Shown here piece by piece: positions 1 through 8,336 of a stretch of 48,732 nt of DNA. This DNA is from Candidatus Methanophagales archaeon (GTDB taxonomy: Archaea > Halobacteriota > Syntropharchaeia > Alkanophagales > Methanospirareceae). The position numbers and the translations under genes are program-made. The stretch lies in contig JAGGRR010000017.1 of the NCBI GenBank assembly GCA_021159465.1, forward strand, positions 1-48,732, read 5' to 3'. The notes under the pieces are model-generated. The model ran no database searches and was not told the origin of the DNA. It saw only the letters and a program-made list of their open reading frames with translations. The stretch's first letter is position 1. Each line of letters opens with the position of its first letter.

Positions 1-1
1 T

Positions 2-292
2 GAATGCAGCGACTGTCACCCAAAGACAAAAGATACGGTATTGAAGATAGAAACGGGGAGTCATGCCAATTATCTCACGCAGAACTGCACTCTCTGTCAC
101 AAGCCGCACGTATTCACGATGGCAGTCTCAGCGGCAACACCTGCTCCCACGGCAACAGCAGCATCAGCATCAACAGCAACGCCAACTGCTACTCCGACAC
201 TGACGCCACCCGGGTTTGAGCTGCTATTTGCAGTTGCTGGTATTGGTGTGGCAATTGTGATATATACGAATAAGAAGCGAAGAAGGAAGTAA
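2..292 (+). CDS. Multihaem c-type cytochrome, C-terminal fragment (5' end outside window) with PGF-CTERM sorting signal
   Basis: Frame 2 reads ECSDCHPK ... NCTLCHKPH, which gives two CxxCH haem-binding motifs. A Pro/Thr/Ala-rich linker follows (TPAPTATAASASTATPTATPTLTP). The C-terminus is PGFELLFAVAGIGVAIVIY-TNKKRRRK, that is PGF motif, TM helix and basic tail. Stop TAA at 290-292. Confidence 0.8.
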   Translation, partial: ECSDCHPKTKDTVLKIETGSHANYLTQNCTLCHKPHVFTMAVSAATPAPTATAASASTATPTATPTLTPPGFELLFAVAGIGVAIVIYTNKKRRRK

Positions 293-386
293 AACTTAAA
301 ACTCCTTTTTCTTTTATTTTTTATCCTTCCTAATTCTAAATTATACTCATCGCAACCGGTGAGGCGAAGCCAACAAAGCTAGTCAA

Positions 387-1597
387 ATGCGAAAATTCAG
401 GCTCAGGCGACTGAAACTGTTCTATAATCCACCACTTTTGATAGTGAAGCAAGCAGTCATGATTATGCTTTATGCATGGCTCACAGGCTGGAATAGCCTG
501 GCTTTTCTACGCTGGGTGACGCAGTTACAAAATATTCTGCACGCGGGTGCTGGAACAAAACAGATTTGCTGCTTCGGTGTGAATCCGCATGTGGTATGGG
601 AGATGACAGGCAGATGCAACTTGAAGTGTATCCACTGCCATGCTTCTGGTGGGGAAGCAGCATATAACGAATTAACAACAGAAGAAGGTAAGGCATTGAT
701 AGACCAGGTCGCTGCATTGGGCATACGAACATTCGTATTCACGGGCGGTGAGCCGCTGTTACGGAACGATCTCTTTGAGCTGATTGCATATGCACGATCT
801 AAAAGGCTCACTGTCTATATAGCGACAAACGGAACGCTGATAACGAGAGAAGTTGCAAAGTTGCTGAGCAGATATAATGTTGGTGCAGTAATAGGGCTGG
901 ACGGAATGAATCCCAAGATACACGATGGTATCCGTGGCGTTAAGGGTGCTTATGATGCCGTAATCAGGGGTATAGACAATTGTGTTGCTGAAAATATTTA
1001 TTTACACCTGAATATCGTGGCAACCAGACACAATTTCGATGAGATTGAGCGAATTATAGATTATGGCACGAGATAGGTGTTTATTCTTATTTCATCTACA
1101 ATTTCGTCCCTATTGGCAGAGGCGAGGCAATACAGGACTATGCACTCGGACGAGAAGATTTTAGAGCACTTCTGGACCTGATACTTCGTAAGCAGCGTGA
1201 GGTACGAGCGATAATAATTCCCATTGCGGCTCCCGAATACTGGGCATACACACTTCAACGTCGCGGGATAGGGGTACATAACAGGCGACTAATAGGGTTC
1301 TTAGGGCGTTTCGTCGGCGGCTGCCTGGCGGATAAGGGGATGATGTATATCAAGCCAAACGGTGATGTATGGGCATGCCCTTTTATTCCCGTTCGGATGG
1401 GCAATGTGCGTGAAGAAGGTTTACTGCTTGATAGGATATGGGAGAGGTTAAGAGCGCACAGGTGCAAGTTTGAATTTGAACACGGTGCAAGCGAGAATGC
1501 GAGTGCGAGTGTATGGTCGCAGTGTGATAGTTGTGAATACCAGCGTGTATGTGGCGGTTGTAAGGCACGAATGATGATAGACAATTCCTCGCGGTAA
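387..1597 (+). pseudogene. Radical SAM / SPASM-domain protein (AhbC/AhbD/NirJ-like architecture), frame broken by a 1-nt shift near 1067
   Basis: ORF 387..1076 has the radical SAM cluster motif CNLKCIHC (CxxxCxxC) and GGEPLL, and ends at TAG 1074-1076. Another frame, open from about 1064, continues HEIGVYSYFIYNFVPIGRGEA ... GGCLADKGMMYIKPNGDVWACPF ... CDSCEYQRVCGGCKAR, a Cys-rich SPASM-type end, to TAA 1595-1597. One extra base at GGC|AC (1065-1069) would fuse the two halves. Confidence 0.7.
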
Positions 1598-2002
1598 TTT
1601 AGCAAAGTAATTTCTCTTCGCCCATTCGAGTAAAGCCTCGAACACGGGATGACCGAAGGATATGAACTCGACATTAGGATTCTTAAAGGCGATATCTTTC
1701 TTTATCAAACGTCGCCCTCGGATCATCATAGTTACCAGCCCGCTCCTTTCTCACGTGGATACACCGCACTCGCATTTAGCGTTCAGCATTCCCTCAAAGA
1801 GGTCATCATCACCAATGATCTGATTCGCACAATCCATGAAGATAACATGGATTAATTTTCATTCCCCTCTGTTAGCAAGCCATTCAAAAAATTAGCGTCG
1901 CATAGATAAAAATTTAAGTATTCGCATTCTGGCTGCTTTCCTTTCTTCTGCTTCACCCGTAAAATTTGCTCCGAATTTTGAAAATTCCTCTACGGATAGC
2001 TG

Positions 2003-3319
2003 TCATATTTCGCACTTCGCAGATCCATCTCTTCCTATACCTTTGTATCTGAGACCACTCTTTTTTACCCTTTCCATATCAAAGAGCCCCCGCACATCCA
2101 CTATCAAATCACCTCTCATGCACTCTCTCACACGCCCCCAATCCAAACTTTTATAATATGAATGAGCAGTTGCCAGTATAAGACAATCAGCACCTGTAAT
2201 CGCTGTGTAGAGATCGCGCTCCACCGGGAAATCAAAATCTTCATTGCCCAAGTATGGGTCATGAACAACAATACTGTATGAATGTGAATGTCGCCTCAAT
2301 GCATCTATCAACTTCAGTGTATGTGAGTGTTCAAATGCTCTTACATCCTGCTTGAAACTCAAGCCGAGTATTGCCACTCTTTCTCCTTCCACCATGCTCA
2401 CAACGTGCTCGACCATATCTTCGTTTATTCGCCTGGCTTCCTTGATGAGGTTTGGACTGTATCCTCGCTTCTCCACCTCGCTTATTATATAGTAGGGGTC
2501 CATGGGGATACAATGCCCTCCGACCAGTCCGGGATTAAGGATATTGCAATACGGCTGAGAATTTGCCGTTCTTATCACCTCATACACATCCACACCGTAA
2601 ACCTCACATATCATCGCCAGTTCGTTTGCAAATGCTATATTGAGGTCCCTGTGGGCATTCTCCATTATCTTATCTATCTCCGCCACTACCGGGCTGCTCA
2701 CACGGATTATATCAGGTGCGAAGCAGGAATAGATAGTAGCGACGATGAAAGCGCTTTTATCATCTATGGCACCCACTATTTTAGGATATGTCTTGAGATC
2801 CCGGAGCACCTGTGGCGCTTGAATCCTCTCAGGTGAGTATGCCAGCCCGAAGTCCTCCCCCGGCTTATAACCTGTGTTTCTGGCTATGATATCACCAAAT
2901 TGCTGTGTTGTTAATGGTGGAACTGTACTCTCTACGGTGAATACCTTACCATGTGGCGCTCTTATCGCATTTGCAACCGCATAGACAGCTTCTATATCCG
3001 GCTTATCGCCCTTTATCAACGTTGGTACCGTAACGATATTAAAATCCCGCTCTTCCAGCACCGTGCTCGCCTTAAATCTACCACTCTCCACTGTGCTCTT
3101 GAGTAGCTCACTCACTCCGGGTTCATCAGGAAACGGTGATACTCCTTCGTTCAGCTTCGCTACCAGCTCATTATTTATATCTATCCCCAGGGTATCGAAC
3201 CCACAATCAGCGAGTGTTACCGCTAAAGGCAGACCCACTCTGCCCAGTCCGATTACAGATATCTTCACTTCTCTGTTGCGTATCTTATCCTCTATCTCAT
3301 CTATCGAGTGCTGATACAT
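2003..3319 (-). CDS. Nucleotide-sugar 6-dehydrogenase (UDP-glucose/GDP-mannose dehydrogenase family; UDP-N-acetylhexosamine dehydrogenase, WbpA/WecC-like)
   Basis: 438 aa. N-terminal Rossmann motif is VIGLGRVGLPLAVTLADCG. The catalytic-Cys region GGHCIPMDPYY is typical of this family. The 3' end of the upstream acetyltransferase gene overlaps its start by 23 nt, which suggests an operon. Confidence 0.85.
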   Translation of the reverse strand: MYQHSIDEIEDKIRNREVKISVIGLGRVGLPLAVTLADCGFDTLGIDINNELVAKLNEGVSPFPDEPGVSELLKSTVESGRFKASTVLEERDFNIVTVPTLIKGDKPDIEAVYAVANAIRAPHGKVFTVESTVPPLTTQQFGDIIARNTGYKPGEDFGLAYSPERIQAPQVLRDLKTYPKIVGAIDDKSAFIVATIYSCFAPDIIRVSSPVVAEIDKIMENAHRDLNIAFANELAMICEVYGVDVYEVIRTANSQPYCNILNPGLVGGHCIPMDPYYIISEVEKRGYSPNLIKEARRINEDMVEHVVSMVEGERVAILGLSFKQDVRAFEHSHTLKLIDALRRHSHSYSIVVHDPYLGNEDFDFPVERDLYTAITGADCLILATAHSYYKSLDWGRVRECMRGDLIVDVRGLFDMERVKKSGLRYKGIGRDGSAKCEI

Positions 3320-3857
3320 CTTTTAGCCTCCTCGCAGGGTTACCTGCAACTACCACACCTGGTGCAACATCCTCCGTCACCACTGAGCCTGCACCAACCA
3401 CCGCATCTTCGCCTATCACAATACCCGGTAGAATTGTTGAATTCGCACCTATCCGTGCACCTCTCTTTATCACCGGTCCTTTCAACTCCACTCCATATCT
3501 CATATATTTATCGTTCAGTGTGACTACCGATGGTCCAAAGAATACGCCATCCCCCACTATCGTCTCCTTCGTTATATACACATTCGTCTGAATACTGACA
3601 TCGTCTCCTATTCGACAGTTACCATCAATTACAGAGTTTGTTCCCACAAGGACATCATCGCCAATCACTGTCTTACTCCTTATCAGAACGTTATGACCCG
3701 TCCTAAAATTCCTGCCTATCTCCACATCCCCATATATAACCGTGCCACTCCTTATCAATGCATTATCCCCTATCTCAACTCTACCATCCCCCTCTGCACC
3801 CAGAGAGACCCAGTCATGGATATTACAACCCCTGCCTATCTTCACTTCACCCTTCAT
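3297..3857 (-). CDS. Left-handed beta-helix (hexapeptide-repeat) N-acetyltransferase, WbpD/WlbB-like
   Basis: 186 aa of hexapeptide repeats (IGDNALIRSGTVIYGDVEIGRNFRTGHNVLIRSKTVIGDDVLVG ... ARIGANSTILPGIVIGEDAVVGAGSVV). It overlaps both neighbours by 11 and 23 nt. Confidence 0.85.
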   Translation of the reverse strand: MKGEVKIGRGCNIHDWVSLGAEGDGRVEIGDNALIRSGTVIYGDVEIGRNFRTGHNVLIRSKTVIGDDVLVGTNSVIDGNCRIGDDVSIQTNVYITKETIVGDGVFFGPSVVTLNDKYMRYGVELKGPVIKRGARIGANSTILPGIVIGEDAVVGAGSVVTEDVAPGVVVAGNPARRLKDVSALDR

Positions 3858-4908
3858 ACTGGTTCACAACCTCCGCTACCCTCTTTATATCATCTCTATT
3901 TAAAGCAGGATGTACCGGGAGGGAGACCACCTCAGCACTGGCAGTCTCCGCCTCTGGGCAATATGTATCTGAGTGGAATACAGGCTGTCTCGGTAAGGGC
4001 ACCGGATAGTATATTCCATATCCTATGCCATGGTCTTCAAGATGCTGCAAGAACCTATCCCTCGCTCTAACTCTTATTGTATATTGATGAAAGACATGCT
4101 TGACGCTGGGTGCGACGTAAGGTCCACTGAGATTCAATCGTTCATTGTAATATTGCGCATTGCTTATCCGTCGCGCATTGAATATCTCGAGCTTCTGTAA
4201 CTGCACGAGACCAATAGCCGCGGCTATATCCGTCATTCGATAGTTATATCCCAGACATTCATGTATATACCTCTCCTTCTGACCATGATTCCTTATCATA
4301 CGTGCCTTCTCCGCTATCTTCTCATCATTGGTGGTTATCATCCCACCCTCACCGGTGATGATATTCTTCGTGGAATAGAAACTGAAGACACCTATATCGC
4401 CAATTGAACCCACCATCCTGCCTCTGTACATGGCGCCATGTGCCTGTGCCGCATCCTCAATCACCAGAAGCTGATGCTCCTCTGCTATCTCCATGAGCTC
4501 CTTCATATCACACGGCTGTCCATACAGATGCACGGGTATTATCGCCTTCGTTCGCTCTGATATCTCACGCTCTACCTTCTCTGGATTGATATTATACGTT
4601 CTCGGGTCTATATCAACGAATACCGGCTTGGCTCCCTGCATGAGTGCGCATGAGGCGGTTGCGAAAAAAGAGAATGCGGTTGTTATCACCTCGTCACCGC
4701 TTTTTATACCCGCAGAGGCGAGTGCGGTATGGAGTGCAGCAGTACCCGAATTTGTCGCAATGGCATACTCAACGCCTAATAAAGATGCAAATCTATCCTC
4801 AAACTCTTCCACGAGTGCACCCTGTGCCAGCATACCGGATTCCAATACCGCTTTTACCGCTTCTATCTCCTCCTTGCCTATCTCTGGCTTTGAGATCGGT
4901 ATCATCAA
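3847..4908 (-). CDS. DegT/DnrJ/EryC1/StrS-family PLP-dependent sugar aminotransferase (WbpE-like)
   Basis: 353 aa. Family-typical N-terminus is IPISKPEIGKEEIEAVKAVLESGMLAQG. The PLP-lysine region is SFYSTKNIITGEGGMITT. Confidence 0.9.
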   Translation of the reverse strand: MMIPISKPEIGKEEIEAVKAVLESGMLAQGALVEEFEDRFASLLGVEYAIATNSGTAALHTALASAGIKSGDEVITTAFSFFATASCALMQGAKPVFVDIDPRTYNINPEKVEREISERTKAIIPVHLYGQPCDMKELMEIAEEHQLLVIEDAAQAHGAMYRGRMVGSIGDIGVFSFYSTKNIITGEGGMITTNDEKIAEKARMIRNHGQKERYIHECLGYNYRMTDIAAAIGLVQLQKLEIFNARRISNAQYYNERLNLSGPYVAPSVKHVFHQYTIRVRARDRFLQHLEDHGIGYGIYYPVPLPRQPVFHSDTYCPEAETASAEVVSLPVHPALNRDDIKRVAEVVNQYEG

Positions 4909-4956
4909 ATCTAATTGTATGTAATTCAGTCAATCATATTTATTTAATTAATAATT

Positions 4957-5829
4957 CTATGGCTCTCTATACTTCCTCATTCGGTATTCCGCCTTATATG
5001 CATCATAGATTGTGTTATTCTTATAATCCACATCCAGATGAATAGCCCAATAGCCATAACGCCCTTTATCTAGCAGTATTTCTATCGTACGGGTATTATG
5101 CAGCCCGATTAAGCGATCCTCCATGGTATTATACAACCCCAAATAAGGGTCTATTATACGCCAGTTAGACAATTCCCGCCAGTCGCCTCCTGTATATATC
5201 ATCCCATAAGCGTGTATGCCTGAAGAGCCCCATGCTATCGTCTTTGGTCCCAGCTCTTTATATGCTAACCGGCATAAGTCTCGTGCATAATGAACACAAA
5301 TGGCTGAGTTGTTCTTTGGTGGTTCCAGACTCGTACACTGCCTTATCCATGCTAAAACTCGATTGGGATTCTGTGGATATACGGTCTCGCCGAGTATGAG
5401 CGCAGGTGCTATGCCACGTTCGATTGTATAATTGCTCAGGTTCCAGACAGGGATATTTACCGCTACCTGAAAACGGTAATTCAGTGGAACATGGTCGGCG
5501 AAATAGTAAAAGTCACGATAGTCACATCTCAAATCCGCATTCAGATCCCAGGGTACATAGCCCGCATATTGTTCGTTAAAATGCGACTTCAATATGTCCA
5601 GGTCATGCTGATTTATGTATCCATCATCGTTGAAGTCAAAATCGGTCAAGCCCGCTTCTGCTCCCACTCTTTCTCTTTGCTTTACCATAACCGCAGACGC
5701 AGAGGTTGAGCTCCACACCACCATGAAACACAACAGGATTGAGCTCAATCTGAAGATGAAGGTGATTAAATTCCTAACTTGCATCTCCATTATCTCCATT
5801 CTATCCATCATCACCAATCTAATCTCCAA
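4957..5829 (-). CDS. Secreted or membrane-anchored hypothetical protein with dockerin-like Ca-binding repeats
   Basis: 290-aa ORF. Hydrophobic signal-like segment is ITFIFRLSSILLCFMVVWSSTSASA. Two Asp/Asn-rich loops follow, DFDFNDDGYINQHDLDILKSHF and DLNADLRCDYRDF. The remaining ~190-aa domain has conserved-looking Cys/His (SAICVHYARDL, GIHAYGMIY). The true start is probably an internal Met (about 5784-5799). Confidence 0.55.
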   Translation of the reverse strand: MEIRLVMMDRMEIMEMQVRNLITFIFRLSSILLCFMVVWSSTSASAVMVKQRERVGAEAGLTDFDFNDDGYINQHDLDILKSHFNEQYAGYVPWDLNADLRCDYRDFYYFADHVPLNYRFQVAVNIPVWNLSNYTIERGIAPALILGETVYPQNPNRVLAWIRQCTSLEPPKNNSAICVHYARDLCRLAYKELGPKTIAWGSSGIHAYGMIYTGGDWRELSNWRIIDPYLGLYNTMEDRLIGLHNTRTIEILLDKGRYGYWAIHLDVDYKNNTIYDAYKAEYRMRKYREP

Positions 5830-6601
5830 CCAATTCTCGCACCTTATCCTTTATATCGATGGCATGCATGATTGAGGTACCAACAAGCAGGGCATCGGCA
5901 CCTGCATTAAACATCCTCGTGGCATCCTCGCTGCTCTCTATTCCACTCATTGCAATTAGAGGCACACTCTCGGGTATTTTTGGCTTGATCTCCGGTGCAA
6001 TCGCTTCAAAAGTCTCGAGTTTCACTTCCAGTGTATCCAGATCACGATTATTTATGCCGATCAATATGGATTTGTTTTCAATCTCGCGCAGGTCCAGGAG
6101 TTTGTCCTTTGAGGTACTATCTATCTCCACAAGGCATTCCAGACCGAATGAAGATGCCTTCTTCACCAGCTCTATCACCCTTCTCTCGCTTAGAAATCGC
6201 ACTATCAACAGGATTGCATCCGCTCCGTGAACATACGACTCCATTATCTGAAACTCATCGAATATGAAGTCCTTCCTCAATACAGGTATCGAAACAGCGA
6301 GTTTTACTGCTTTCAAGTCGGCTAAAGTACCGCTGAACGCTTCTTCGGTTAGTACCGAGACGGCACAGGCACCCCCTTCCTCTATTCCTCTCGCTGCCTC
6401 TGCGGCATCCGCTTCTATTATCTCACCATCCTTCAAGCCCTTCCTCTTCAATTCCCCTATTACCGGTCTCTTACCCCTTGCCTTCGCATCACCTATCGCG
6501 CTCTTTATGCTTCTTCGCTCTTCTAAACGCTTTATTAGCGCACGTTTCCTCATTAAAATCTCCTCTATCTCCTCTACCATCTTATTCTTATCGCACCTCA
6601 A
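5819..6601 (-). CDS. trpC: Indole-3-glycerol phosphate synthase
   Basis: 260 aa with TrpC hallmarks: RPVIGELKRKG, LRKDFIFDEFQIMESYVHGADAILLIV and IGINNRDLDTLEVKLETF. Confidence 0.85.
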   Translation of the reverse strand: MRCDKNKMVEEIEEILMRKRALIKRLEERRSIKSAIGDAKARGKRPVIGELKRKGLKDGEIIEADAAEAARGIEEGGACAVSVLTEEAFSGTLADLKAVKLAVSIPVLRKDFIFDEFQIMESYVHGADAILLIVRFLSERRVIELVKKASSFGLECLVEIDSTSKDKLLDLREIENKSILIGINNRDLDTLEVKLETFEAIAPEIKPKIPESVPLIAMSGIESSEDATRMFNAGADALLVGTSIMHAIDIKDKVRELVGD

Positions 6602-6679
6602 TTTTATCCTTTATATGTTCGTTGATACCGATGTTTTTTATGTGCGAAGGTCATTGAATAAAGAGAGAGTAGAGGTAAG

Positions 6680-7867
6680 ATGAGAGATGTAGCGATAATA
6701 GGAATAGGACATACGAAATTTGGGCGAGCGGCGAAGAGTTCTCTGGAGCTATTCTCGGAAGCGGCATTGCAGGCGATGGACGATGCAGGTGTCACGGGCA
6801 AAGAAATTGAAGCTTTGTTCCAGGGTGCTGCGTTACCGGGTTTTGAAGAAGCTCAGGTAATGCCTGCTGCTTTCTCAGCCGCGGAGCTCAATCTGGGGCC
6901 AATACCGGCAACGCGGTATGAGGGCGCATGTGCATCAGCCTCGGTTGCAATACGGGATGCGGTGATGTGGGTGGCTTCAGGTGATTTTGACATGGTGCTT
7001 GCTGGGGGTGTGGAGAAGGCGTTATCCATGGGTACTGCATTTGCCACCAGAACATTTGCAATGAGCTGCCATTCGCCCACTGAAGGTCCGGTAGGGCTCA
7101 CATTTCCGGGTGTATTTGCGATGGCTGCGAGGCGTTATGCTGTAGAATATGGTATTCCACTGGATGAATTGCGTGAGAAGATGGCGTATGTCTCGATGAA
7201 GAATCACAAGCACGGTGCATTGAATCCATTAGCTCAGTTTTATAAGAAGATGGGAGAACTCAAGGTAGAGGATGTGCTGAATGCAAGGATGGTAGCAGAT
7301 CCACTCACTCTTCTCGACTGCTGCCCTTTCTCTGATGGTGCCGCGGCTCTTGTGCTATGCGCCGCAGAGGATGCGAGGCGATACAGCGATGCTCCGGTCT
7401 ATGTCCTCGGTACAGGTCAGGCTTCTGGCAGTGCGCTATCAAAGATGGAAGACATAACAAAGCCTGTCTCCAGAGTACAATCAGCAAGGATGGCTTTTAA
7501 ACATGCAAGGCTCGAGCCGAAGGATATAAACCTTCTGGAGATTCATGATTGCTTCACCATCGCCGAGTTGATCGCACTTGAGTGCATGGGCTTCTTTGGG
7601 TGGGGAGAAGCTGCAAACGCGACTGCGAATGGTGAAACAGATATAGGGGGAAAGATACCAACGAACATGTCCGGAGGGTTGATAGGCAAAGGCCATCCGA
7701 TAGGAGCGACGGGTGCATCTCAGGTCTACTGGATAGTCAAGCAGATGCGTGGTGAGGCGGCAAAGGGTAATCAGGTTGACCCTGTTCCTGAATATGGTAT
7801 GACTGATACACTGGGGGGTGACTTCGGTACCCTGTGTCACCTGATACTTGGTAGAGATAGGAGATGA
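6680..7867 (+). CDS. Thiolase-family acetyl-CoA C-acetyltransferase (archaeal type)
   Basis: 395 aa. Active-site Cys context is YEGACASASVAI. The C-terminal thiolase motif is GGLIGKGHPIGATGASQ. Confidence 0.9.
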   Translation: MRDVAIIGIGHTKFGRAAKSSLELFSEAALQAMDDAGVTGKEIEALFQGAALPGFEEAQVMPAAFSAAELNLGPIPATRYEGACASASVAIRDAVMWVASGDFDMVLAGGVEKALSMGTAFATRTFAMSCHSPTEGPVGLTFPGVFAMAARRYAVEYGIPLDELREKMAYVSMKNHKHGALNPLAQFYKKMGELKVEDVLNARMVADPLTLLDCCPFSDGAAALVLCAAEDARRYSDAPVYVLGTGQASGSALSKMEDITKPVSRVQSARMAFKHARLEPKDINLLEIHDCFTIAELIALECMGFFGWGEAANATANGETDIGGKIPTNMSGGLIGKGHPIGATGASQVYWIVKQMRGEAAKGNQVDPVPEYGMTDTLGGDFGTLCHLILGRDRR

Positions 7868-7874
7868 ATAGAAG

Positions 7875-8333
7875 ATGGTAGGTGTAGGTAAGACTCAGGA
7901 GGAGATAGAGAAGGAGTTGGCAAAGCAATACATACCATTAAGCTATGCAGAGTATGAAGAAGCATTGAGTAATGGTAAATTGATGGGTTTAAAGTGCCTC
8001 TCATGTAATAAAATAACGTGCCATCCTATGCCAGTCTGCCAGTGGTGCAGTGGCAGAGATATGGAGCGTGTAGAATTGAGTGGCGAGGGGGAATTGTTAA
8101 CCTTTACTGTCATCCGGGTGGCGCCGGAGAGTTTTGAAGCCCCTTATATACCATGCCTGGTGAAGACGAAGGAAGGACCTAACGTCATTGGCAGGCTTGA
8201 GCTGGAGCCTGAACAGGCTTCGCAAGCATTGATAGGAAAGAGAGTGAAGATGAGCGGTACGTATACCTATAAGGGAGATAAGTTCTCCGGTGGAGCACAC
8301 GTCTGCCCGGTCTTCAAAATCGTTGAACCATGA
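7875..8333 (+). CDS. DUF35-family Zn-ribbon / OB-fold protein (thiolase-associated scaffold)
   Basis: 152 aa. A four-Cys zinc ribbon (CLSCNKITCHPMPVCQWC) is followed by an OB-fold-like C-terminus. It lies 7 nt after the thiolase gene, which is the usual archaeal pairing. Confidence 0.85.
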   Translation: MVGVGKTQEEIEKELAKQYIPLSYAEYEEALSNGKLMGLKCLSCNKITCHPMPVCQWCSGRDMERVELSGEGELLTFTVIRVAPESFEAPYIPCLVKTKEGPNVIGRLELEPEQASQALIGKRVKMSGTYTYKGDKFSGGAHVCPVFKIVEP

Positions 8334-8336
8334 ACC

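Noticed and set aside
1074-1076. The TAG ending the first radical SAM half, considered as a pyrrolysine or read-through codon, since Methanosarcinales-like organisms can decode UAG.
   Set aside because: In-frame sequence after the TAG (VFILISSTISSLL...) is not radical-SAM-like. A shifted frame gives the highly typical YSYFIYNFVPIGRG continuation. A frameshift explains the data better.
1598-1860. Minus-strand fragments (DIAFKNPNVEFISFGHPVFEALLEWAKRNYF, and upstream NQIIGDDDLFEGMLNAKCECG in another frame) that look like the tail of a larger, possibly helicase-type protein.
   Set aside because: The pieces are too short and interrupted by stops. No catalytic motifs are visible, and the family assignment would be a guess. 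It is probably a gene remnant but cannot be supported as a feature.
1895-2002. 36 sense codons (QLSVEEFSKFGANFTGEAEERKAARMRILKFLSMRR) continue in frame right after the TGA stop of the sugar dehydrogenase (minus strand), suggesting read-through or selenocysteine.
   Set aside because: The dehydrogenase looks complete at its C-terminus. No SECIS-like structure was recognised. Short open stretches after stops are common. It may be part of the gene remnant noted at 1598..1860.
5819-6601. trpC standing alone without other trp genes, considered as an anomaly.
   Set aside because: Dispersed trp genes occur in various archaea. The gene looks intact and ordinary, and there is nothing in the sequence itself to follow up.
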